Shown: positions 10,527 through 17,101 of the stretch, one piece after another
How the letters are laid out: each line of letters opens with the position of its first letter
How positions within the stretch are numbered: the first letter of the stretch is position 1
Assembly: GCA_016182385.1 (NCBI GenBank)
Contig: JACPGV010000002.1
Location: forward strand, 1 to 53,552
From: Candidatus Moraniibacteriota bacterium
GTDB lineage: Bacteria; Patescibacteriota; Minisyncoccia; Moranbacterales; UBA1568
Length of the DNA: 53,552 nt
Direction of reading: 5' to 3'
The notes under the pieces: generated by a model
The model's input: only the letters and a program-made list of their open reading frames with translations
Databases searched by the model: none
What the model was told of the DNA's origin: nothing
Position numbers and translations under genes: made by a program

Positions 10527-11383
10527 TTGATAAGAAACTATATGATATGCCACTCCATACGGATATTGCATGGTGTCCGGCGTGTGGAAATTTTCCTATT
10601 TTGACTATCGTGAAACATGCTTTGGCCGAGCTTGATATTGCGCCGCAGGAGGCCGTTATTTGTTCCGGCATCGGTCAGGCGGCGAAAACACCGCACTATT
10701 TGCGTGTTAATTATTTCAATGGTTTGCATGGACGAGCGCTCCCACCAGCGATAGGAATCAAAAATGCCAATCCGAAACTTACCGTCATCGCGGAATCGGG
10801 TGATGGCGATACCTATGGCGAGGGGGGCAATCATTTCCTTCATACGATTCGGCGCAATCCCGACATCACGAACATCGTCCATAACAATATGATTTACGGA
10901 CTGACGAAAGGACAAGCGTCGCCGACGTCTGAAAAAGGCTTGAAAAATCCGCTTCAGCCGAATGGCGTCGTCGTGGAACCGTTCAATCCGGTAGCGGTAG
11001 CGCTCGCGGCCGGAGCGACATTTGTGGCACGTGCATTTGCTGCGGATATCGCTCAGTCCAAAGAAATCGTCAAGGCGGCCATTTTACACAAGGGGTACGC
11101 GCTCGTCGATATTTTCCAGCCCTGTGTGGTATTCAACAAACAAAACACGTATCAGTGGTTCAAAGAACATACGTACTCTCTCGATGAAACGTATGACAAG
11201 ATGGACAAGATGAAAGCAATGGAACTCGCCTTCGATCAGGAAAAGTTCGCCTTGGGCGTGATATATCAAGAAACCGGCCGCCCCACCTATGAAACTCTTG
11301 TTCGTGAGGGTGAGGAACCTTTGTTTTTACGTAAACAAAACAACGCGGAAATGTTTCAGCAATTATTGCAAAGTTTCAAATAG
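10523..11383 (+). CDS. 2-oxoacid:ferredoxin oxidoreductase beta subunit
   Basis: WCPACG, HGRALP, GDGD TPP motif, [19 protein letters not shown]. Confidence 0.92.
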   Translation: MIDKKLYDMPLHTDIAWCPACGNFPILTIVKHALAELDIAPQEAVICSGIGQAAKTPHYLRVNYFNGLHGRALPPAIGIKNANPKLTVIAESGDGDTYGEGGNHFLHTIRRNPDITNIVHNNMIYGLTKGQASPTSEKGLKNPLQPNGVVVEPFNPVAVALAAGATFVARAFAADIAQSKEIVKAAILHKGYALVDIFQPCVVFNKQNTYQWFKEHTYSLDETYDKMDKMKAMELAFDQEKFALGVIYQETGRPTYETLVREGEEPLFLRKQNNAEMFQQLLQSFK

Positions 11384-11397
11384 CGTCGAGAACACAG

Positions 11398-11431
11398 AAT
11401 AAAAAGAGGTCTCTACGGACCTCTTTTTATT
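11398..11431. terminator. Bidirectional intrinsic terminator between convergent genes
   Basis: Perfect 14-bp inverted repeat AATAAAAAGAGGTC/GACCTCTTTTTATT. Confidence 0.8.
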
Positions 11432-11750
11432 ATTCCAAACCTAATTGTATTCTCGCTTCGGGGGATATTTTTTCCGGTGTCCATGGTGGATCGAAAACAA
11501 GATCAATTTTTACATCTTCAATATCGTCAATTTCCATTATTTTATCCTCAATTTCTTTTTGGATCGTACCGAAAAGGGGACAGCCGATAGTGGTGAGAGT
11601 CATCGTGATAAGACAGACACCGTCTTTGGAAATGGCAATAGCATAAATGAGCCCCAAATCCCAAATGGAAATACCAAGTTCAGGATCCATTACCTTTCTG
11701 AGTTGGTCTTGGACGGCGGTTTTTAAATTTTTTGATGATTTTTGCTTCAT
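11430..11750 (-). CDS. DUF59/SufT-like metal-sulfur cluster assembly factor
   Basis: DPELGISIWDLGLIY, MTLTT.GCP, FDPPW. Confidence 0.88.
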   Translation of the reverse strand: MKQKSSKNLKTAVQDQLRKVMDPELGISIWDLGLIYAIAISKDGVCLITMTLTTIGCPLFGTIQKEIEDKIMEIDDIEDVKIDLVFDPPWTPEKISPEARIQLGLE

Positions 11751-11858
11751 AGGCAGATGAATATGGAACGCAGTAGAGAGAATATAATTTTTTTGAACAA
11801 CGATCCTTCATAGAGAGGACCGTCTCTATACTCTCCAGTATTCAATATTCCTGAAGGT

Positions 11859-12128
11859 CTAGGCGGGGAAAATAATTTTCCCAGTTTCGTCCTTGATGAT
11901 GATAGCGGCGACGGGGCAGGCGCGCGCGGCATTGAGAATAGTTTCCTGATCATCCTGATCGACAGAGGAAAGGATGTTGGCTTTGCCGGCATCGTTTAAG
12001 GCAAACGTGTTTGGTGCCATAGCGGTACAAGGGGCCGCACCGATACAGACATTTTCATCGACTTCCACGGTCCAGCCGTTTTTGAGAGTTACCGGACCCG
12101 CGGGTTTGCTTTCATCTTTCCAAGCCAT
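11859..12128 (-). CDS. Ferredoxin (single cluster, possibly 3Fe-4S)
   Basis: CIGAAPC...ACPVAAI; the second Cys of the usual CxxCxxC is replaced by Ala. Confidence 0.85.
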   Translation of the reverse strand: MAWKDESKPAGPVTLKNGWTVEVDENVCIGAAPCTAMAPNTFALNDAGKANILSSVDQDDQETILNAARACPVAAIIIKDETGKIIFPA

Positions 12129-12198
12129 ATTTTTATGATTACATTGTTACATAGCTACAGTGCTTTATTGTTTTTCAACCATAAAACAATCTAACCAT

Positions 12199-12567
12199 TC
12201 AACGGGTATTTTTTAGAAACGCCTTCTTGAATGTCTCGAGCGAGAGAAGACCGCATTTGAGCCGCGCAGGGGAAAGCGTCACGCCGAGGAGTTCAAATAC
12301 GTTTTTTGGTTCGAGAGCGAGGGCTTCTTTTACGGATTTGCCTTTGATCGCTTCGGTAAGAAGTGAGGCGCTGGCCTGTGAAATAGCGCACCCAGAACCG
12401 GAAAACTTCACGTCTAGAATAGTATCATTTTTTACGAGAATGTGCATCCCAAGCCGGTCGCCGCAGGTGGGATTATTCGCTTGTGCGCTATGCGTGGCGT
12501 GTTTCAATTCGCCACGATTGCGGGGATTGCGGTAGTGGTCGAGGATGAGATCGTGGTAAATACTCAT
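12199..12567 (-). CDS. sufU: SufU/IscU-type scaffold or sulfur-transfer protein
   Basis: ILDHYRNPRN, NPTCGD, GCAISQAS, RLKC. Confidence 0.9.
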   Translation of the reverse strand: MSIYHDLILDHYRNPRNRGELKHATHSAQANNPTCGDRLGMHILVKNDTILDVKFSGSGCAISQASASLLTEAIKGKSVKEALALEPKNVFELLGVTLSPARLKCGLLSLETFKKAFLKNTR

Positions 12568-13784
12568 AGGATTTTTCTTATTTCCTTCAATCGTTTGATC
12601 AGTCTATCAATGTCTTCTTTTGAATTATAAACCGAGAACGAAAGCCGGGTCGTCGCGTCGAGATTAAGGGCGCGGTGGAGAGGAGCGGCGCAATGTTCGC
12701 CGGCGCGGACGCAGATGTTTGATTCGCCCAAAAGGTGCGCGATATCGTGCGGATGCATACCGTGAATAGCAAAAGCGATGATACCACTACGCTTTTTCGC
12801 ATCTTTCGGGCCAATGAGGCGGATCGTTTTACCGAAAGCTCCGCTCAGTTTTTCGAGAGCGTATTTTGTGAGGGTTTCTTCGTGTGCGCGGATATTTTCG
12901 ACACCGATATTTTTCATAAAATCGATAGCCGCGCCCCATGCGATGACACCTCCGATGTTTGGCGTACCGGCTTCGAAACGAAAGGGGATTTCTCGGTATT
13001 TTGGTGTTTCCGCACAGCTCTCAAGCACCATTCCGCCGCCGAAAGAAACGGGGGGAAGCGTTTCAAGAAGCGCTTCTTTGCCGAAAAGTACGCCGACACC
13101 GGTCGGACCGAATGCTTTGTGTGCGGAAAAGGCGACGAAGTCGGCGTTCCACAAGGAAACATCGATTGGTTGGTGCCCGATCGCCTGTGCCGCATCGACG
13201 ACGACGACAGCGTGTGGATTTTTCTCTTTGATGCGCTTCACGATCTCGGAAACCGGATTGATGCCGCCTATGACATTGGAGACGGCGGAGAAAGCAACAA
13301 TTTTTGTGTGTTCGTCCGTCATATCGACAAGGGCGTCTCTGTCGACGCATTCGTCCGTATCGATCGGCGCGACACGGAATTCGGCGCCCGTTCTTGTGGC
13401 GAGTTCTTTCCACGGAAGGAAATTGGAATGGTGCTCGAGCACGGTTGCAAGGATGTTGTCTTTCGGAGTGACGAGGGATTCGAGGAGTCTCGCGGCGAGG
13501 TTGAGCGAGGCAGTGGCACCATCCGTGAAGATCACCTCTTTTTCGTTTCGAGCGCCGATAAAGGCCGCTGTTTTTTGGCGTGTCATTTCGAACGTGTCCG
13601 TCGCTTTTTCGGCCAGGGGGTAGAGTCCGCGTCCGACATTCGTGGAATACCGTTCCAGATATTCCCGTTCGGCGTCGATTACTGTTTCCGGTTTGAGCGT
13701 CGTCGCGGCCGAATCGAGGTACGTCAAATCAGGATGGTGGCGGAAGATGGGGAAATGGTTTCGAATATCGCTTGTATAGGCCAT
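12564..13784 (-). CDS. sufS: Cysteine desulfurase, SufS family
   Basis: YLDSAATT, EHHSN, DAAQ, FSAHK, EAGTP, RAGEHCA. Confidence 0.93.
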   Translation of the reverse strand: MAYTSDIRNHFPIFRHHPDLTYLDSAATTLKPETVIDAEREYLERYSTNVGRGLYPLAEKATDTFEMTRQKTAAFIGARNEKEVIFTDGATASLNLAARLLESLVTPKDNILATVLEHHSNFLPWKELATRTGAEFRVAPIDTDECVDRDALVDMTDEHTKIVAFSAVSNVIGGINPVSEIVKRIKEKNPHAVVVVDAAQAIGHQPIDVSLWNADFVAFSAHKAFGPTGVGVLFGKEALLETLPPVSFGGGMVLESCAETPKYREIPFRFEAGTPNIGGVIAWGAAIDFMKNIGVENIRAHEETLTKYALEKLSGAFGKTIRLIGPKDAKKRSGIIAFAIHGMHPHDIAHLLGESNICVRAGEHCAAPLHRALNLDATTRLSFSVYNSKEDIDRLIKRLKEIRKIL

Positions 13785-13791
13785 AAAATAG

Positions 13792-13820
13792 AAAAACAGA
13801 CTGAAAGAGTCCGAATTACA
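13792..13820. promoter_or_regulatory. Putative Rrf2 (IscR-like) operator, copy 2, upstream of sufS
   Basis: AAAAACAGACTGAAAGAGTCCGAATTACA matches 21/29 positions of the reverse complement of 19681-19709. Confidence 0.6.
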
Positions 13821-13829
13821 CTACTCACA

Positions 13830-13858
13830 AAGATAACATAGCTTCTCGTAATTGACAA
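13830..13858 (-). promoter_or_regulatory. Putative sigma70 promoter for sufS-sufU
   Basis: Minus strand TTGTCA-17 bp-TATCTT with extended TG. Confidence 0.5.
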
Positions 13859-13880
13859 GAGTCACAAAAAGTGCTATAAT
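13852..13880 (+). promoter_or_regulatory. Consensus sigma70 promoter of the DGR target gene
   Basis: TTGACA (13852-57), 17 bp, TATAAT (13875-80) with extended TG; AGGAG RBS before ATG 13968. Confidence 0.85.
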
Positions 13881-13967
13881 GAATCGTTTCGTAGTCATTG
13901 TTTTATTCGACTGCAAACCGCATCTTCCCGGGCGTATCGGGAATGTACTTTTGAAAAGGAGACTGCG

Positions 13968-14672
13968 ATGACGACTCAGTCGATCACGCAAGACCAGGAA
14001 AAGCAACTGAAGCGTTTTCTCGAAGACGCTTCCGTATCAGCGACTCGCTCGGCCCTCGCCCAAGTGCCTCTCGACAAGGAAGGCGCACAGCAGGTCATCG
14101 AGCGGGGGGACGCACTCAAGGCCGAAATCGAACGGGCCACCATCAACGCCCTGAAGAGACTCGGCTCGCGCTACCCGGTGCTTACGGAAACGCGGCTTCT
14201 CAAGCCCGTGGCCCAAGCAACCGTTCCGGCACGAACGAAGCCCTTCAATGTGGCGGAGTTCTACCAGACCGGCCCCGGCCTCTACGTCTACGACACCTTC
14301 GCAGACCGTCTCGACCTCCACGCCAGACAGGCGGTGGACTCGGCTCCCGAGCGTCCCTACGTGGCCTCGCTTCTCAAAGCGAACGCCTACGACAAGGACA
14401 TTCGCAAGGAACTGCCGGAAACCCACCTGTCGACGCTCGAAGACATCGCAGGCCTGATCGAAGCACAGCCCAACGGCAAGTCGGGCTTCCTGCTGAACAA
14501 CGGCTACGCGAACATCTTCTACGTCGAGGGCAAAAACGGTGAAGTCTTCGCCGTGGATGTCTACTGGGGCTCGGACGACCGCGAGTGGGACGTCGGCGGC
14601 TGGGAGCTCGACGAGGATGGCCACTGGGACGCTGACTTCCAGGTTCTCTGCCCAGGCAACGCAGCGCTCTGA
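13968..14672 (+). CDS. DGR target (variable) protein with C-terminal VR
   Basis: 234 aa; the last ~43 codons align to the TR; visibly GC-richer than typical genes in the window. Confidence 0.93.
   Translation: MTTQSITQDQEKQLKRFLEDASVSATRSALAQVPLDKEGAQQVIERGDALKAEIERATINALKRLGSRYPVLTETRLLKPVAQATVPARTKPFNVAEFYQTGPGLYVYDTFADRLDLHARQAVDSAPERPYVASLLKANAYDKDIRKELPETHLSTLEDIAGLIEAQPNGKSGFLLNNGYANIFYVEGKNGEVFAVDVYWGSDDREWDVGGWELDEDGHWDADFQVLCPGNAAL
14542..14662 (+). repeat. DGR variable repeat (VR) including IMH
   Basis: Aligns without gaps to 14992-15112; 16 mismatches opposite TR adenines and one non-A mismatch (14658 A vs 15108 C) at the 3' end. Confidence 0.95.
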
Positions 14673-14673
14673 C

Positions 14674-14695
14674 CCTTTCGCCACTTCGGCAAAGG
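14674..14695 (+). other. Post-VR hairpin, candidate DGR target-recognition element
   Basis: CCTTT(C)GCC-ACTTC-GGCAAAGG immediately after the target stop codon. Confidence 0.5.
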
Positions 14696-14726
14696 ACCCT
14701 TGGACCCTTAGTCTCTTAGACCCTTG
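14695..14726 (+). repeat. 8-bp tandem repeat x4 downstream of the VR
   Basis: GACCCTTG GACCCTTA GTCTCTTA GACCCTTG; a further GACCCTT at 14671. Confidence 0.7.
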
Positions 14727-14760
14727 GAACTACAACAAGTTCCCGGGGTCTTTTTCTTTT
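14718..14760 (+). terminator. Intrinsic terminator of the target gene
   Basis: AGACCC(TT)GGAACT/AGTTCC(CG)GGGTCT stem followed by a T-rich run. Confidence 0.65.
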
Positions 14761-14902
14761 GATACAATGAAAGAGGTGTGTTGGAAATTTCTTTCGGCTA
14801 CGGCTGAAAGGTCAGGATACTGGAAGTGAAATGTGCCAGAGTAGTTGCGGAAACTTTCTTCAACTAGAGTGCCACTTTGTTTTCAAAAAATATAATGCGT
14901 TG

Positions 14903-15150
14903 GTGTCTTGAACTGGCGGACTTCTATGTCCCGCATACGATACAATCCTAAGAGTATTCAAAGGGTGGTGGAATGGATGGTTCAAGGCACAAAGTCTTCG
15001 CCGTGAATGTCAACTGGAACTCGGACAACCGCAAGTGGAACGTCAACGACTGGAAGCTCGACGAGAATGGCAACTGGAACGCTGACAACCAGGTTCTCTG
15101 CCCAGGCCACGCTTCAAATTTCTCTCGTCTTTAAGGCGAGAGTTTTGTTT
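14903..15150 (+). ncRNA. Predicted DGR template RNA (structured 5' leader, TR, 3' hairpin)
   Basis: TATAAT at 14891; stem 14903-14915/14978-14990 closes at the TR start; 3' hairpin 15122-15142 with T tract. Confidence 0.55.
14992..15112 (+). repeat. DGR template repeat (TR) with IMH*
   Basis: AAC/AAT-rich copy of the VR, reading KVFAVNVNWNSDNRKWNVNDWKLDENGNWNADNQVLCPG in the VR frame. Confidence 0.95.
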
Positions 15151-15515
15151 TTAGGCCTTTCTTCCAGCCCCCAAGCATCCGACCGATTTCCTGAAGTTCC
15201 GTAGAGAGTCCGAGGTATTTTTTGTTATCGATTAGCTTATTTTCCCAGCCGATTTGTAGGAAGAATTTGAGAAGATCGGTTTTACCGATGATAGCGGTCA
15301 GATACTGGATTTTAGTTTCCGGCTTTGCGTATTGGGCTCGGAAGAGGAGCTCAAGCGTATCGAGGAAGAGACGATCGATTTTTTCGCCAAATGTGTAACG
15401 ATGAATTTTTGGAATATGAGCGATAAAACTTTGCCACAGCTGATAGGCGGCCTTCAGTTGAACAATGACGCTGATTTGTCCCGATCCTGCGGGGGGGGGT
15501 ATTTCCAGGAATCAT
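15131..15515 (-). pseudogene. avd: DGR accessory variability determinant (Avd), frameshifted at the G9 tract 15491-15499
   Basis: Minus-strand frame reads GQISVIVQLKAAYQLW...PKIHRYTFGEKI...DLLKFFLQIGWE...LQEIGRMLGGWKKGLKTKLSP*; no in-frame ATG/GTG/TTG near the 5' end; ATG 15515 is in frame if one G is removed (127 aa). Confidence 0.85.
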
Positions 15516-16556
15516 TATAGGAAAAAGAAGAAAAAATTAGTCGTTTCTTATGATGATATCATATCCCTCGAGAATCTCCTTGCCGCGTGGAAGGAATTCC
15601 TGAAAGGAAAAAGGAACAAAAAGGACGTCCAGGAATTCGAAGCACATCTTATGGACAATCTCTTCGTGCTCTACGAAGATCTGAAAAACAAGACCTACGA
15701 GCACGGCGGCTATCAGGCTTTTAAAATCAATGATCCGAAGCCGCGCGATATTCACAAGGCGTCAGTGAGAGATCGTCTCGTACATCGCGCCATTTACCGG
15801 ATTCTCTATCCGTTCTTTGACACGCTCTTCATCGCTGATTCGTATTCCTGCCGAGAGGGGAAGGGCACGCACAAGGCACTCGATCGTTTCAGGGTCTTTT
15901 CCCGAAAGGTTTCTTGCAACCATACCAAGACCACTTGGGTGCTCAAGTGCGACATCCGGAAATTTTTTGCATCGATCGATCAGGATATCCTCTTGCGTAT
16001 TCTTCGTGAGTGGATCCAAGACGAAGATATTCTGTGGCTGCTGGGGAAGGTAGTACGAAGTTTTTCTTCTTCGACAGCGCGAAATGTCGGATTGCCGCTT
16101 GGCAATCTTACCTCACAGCTTCTCGTGAACATCTCTATGAATGAATTTGATCAATTCGTGAAACATCGATTGCGGGCAAGATATTACATTCGATACGCCG
16201 ATGACTTTGTCATCTTGTCTCGGGACAAAGTATGGTTAGAGTGTATCTTGGCAGAGATAGGGAGGTTCTTGGATGAAAGGCTACATCTCAAATTGCATCC
16301 GGACAAAGTGTTTATCCAAACAGTCGTTTCGGGTGTCGATTTTCTTGGCTGGATGCACTTTTCTGATCATTGCGTGCTGCGGACGGTGACAAAAAAGAGG
16401 ATGTTCCGGAAACTCTGCGAGAAGAACATTTTCTCGTATCTCGGATTGCTTTCGCATGGGAACGGGTATCGGTTGCGAAGAAAACTCACTTCCTTATTTT
16501 TCAGCGATGGAAAGAAACTGTCTGAGGGTAGGGAGGATATCTTTTTCGACGAGTAG
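15465..16556 (+). CDS. DGR reverse transcriptase
   Basis: ISLENL..AW, PKPRDI...VRDR.VH, CDIRKFF.SI, GLPLGNLTSQ, YIRYADDF, GVDFLG; no maturase or endonuclease domain. Confidence 0.95.
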   Translation: MTLICPDPAGGGISRNHYRKKKKKLVVSYDDIISLENLLAAWKEFLKGKRNKKDVQEFEAHLMDNLFVLYEDLKNKTYEHGGYQAFKINDPKPRDIHKASVRDRLVHRAIYRILYPFFDTLFIADSYSCREGKGTHKALDRFRVFSRKVSCNHTKTTWVLKCDIRKFFASIDQDILLRILREWIQDEDILWLLGKVVRSFSSSTARNVGLPLGNLTSQLLVNISMNEFDQFVKHRLRARYYIRYADDFVILSRDKVWLECILAEIGRFLDERLHLKLHPDKVFIQTVVSGVDFLGWMHFSDHCVLRTVTKKRMFRKLCEKNIFSYLGLLSHGNGYRLRRKLTSLFFSDGKKLSEGREDIFFDE

Positions 16557-17090
16557 CTTCATTTTTTCCAAAGTTTCATTGAAGAATCCGTCGACTAGAA
16601 GTTGTTGTGCTTGTTTTTTTGAAAGACCTCTCGACTGGGCGAAGAAGAGCTGTTTTGGATCGAAAGATGCGATAGCAGCGGCGTGGTGACATTTCACGTT
16701 ATTCGTAAGAATTTCGAGCGTCGGCTTGGCGGATGCTTGGGCGAACGGCGAGAGAAGGAGCGCACGACATTCGTATGAGGCGTCACTTCTCGCGGCCTTT
16801 TTTTCAATTTTTATCAATCCTTCCGAAGAAAACGTCGCCTCATCGAAGAGAGCCGTTTTTACGATCGCACGGGAGACGGTATTGGGCGCGGAATGTTTTT
16901 GGACGAGAGAAAGAGTTTTTTGTTCCGTATTTTTTCCCGTGAAAAGGGCGAAAATATGCGCCTCGGCGCCAATGTCTGTGAGTTCGAACGTGATACTTCC
17001 AAAACGATTGAGAAGAAAGAAAACAGCCTTCTCATTCTTTTTGAGACGATAGGTGTTGTTTGTGTCGGTTGAAATATCAAGAAATCGCAT
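16494..17090 (-). CDS. sufD: SufD-like protein, short form
   Basis: KPTLEI..NNVKCHHAA, FFAQSRGL; follows sufB. Confidence 0.8.
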   Translation of the reverse strand: MRFLDISTDTNNTYRLKKNEKAVFFLLNRFGSITFELTDIGAEAHIFALFTGKNTEQKTLSLVQKHSAPNTVSRAIVKTALFDEATFSSEGLIKIEKKAARSDASYECRALLLSPFAQASAKPTLEILTNNVKCHHAAAIASFDPKQLFFAQSRGLSKKQAQQLLVDGFFNETLEKMKLLVEKDILPTLRQFLSIAEK

Positions 17091-17101
17091 AGAGAGGATG
17101 T

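Larger units (their letters stand above)
13852..16556 (+). mobile_element. Diversity-generating retroelement (target/VR, TR, antisense avd, RT)
   Basis: TR/VR pair with adenine-specific mismatches, DGR-type RT and Avd-like reading frame together in 2.7 kb. Confidence 0.95.

Noticed and set aside
12735-13841. Long antisense ORFs over sufS (and similar ones over the DGR target, sufB, nusA and the P-type ATPase)
   Set aside because: Shadow frames of real genes with no recognisable motifs
14695-14726. Short repeats as a CRISPR array
   Set aside because: 8-bp units without spacers; no cas genes or array seen anywhere in the window
15332-15520. 62-aa plus-strand ORF as an independent gene
   Set aside because: It is the antisense of avd and matters only as a possible RT N-terminus in the G8 state
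15465-16556. RT as a group II intron, retron or CRISPR-associated RT
   Set aside because: It has the GNLTSQ motif, no maturase or endonuclease domain, and an adjacent TR/VR pair and avd, which identify a DGR
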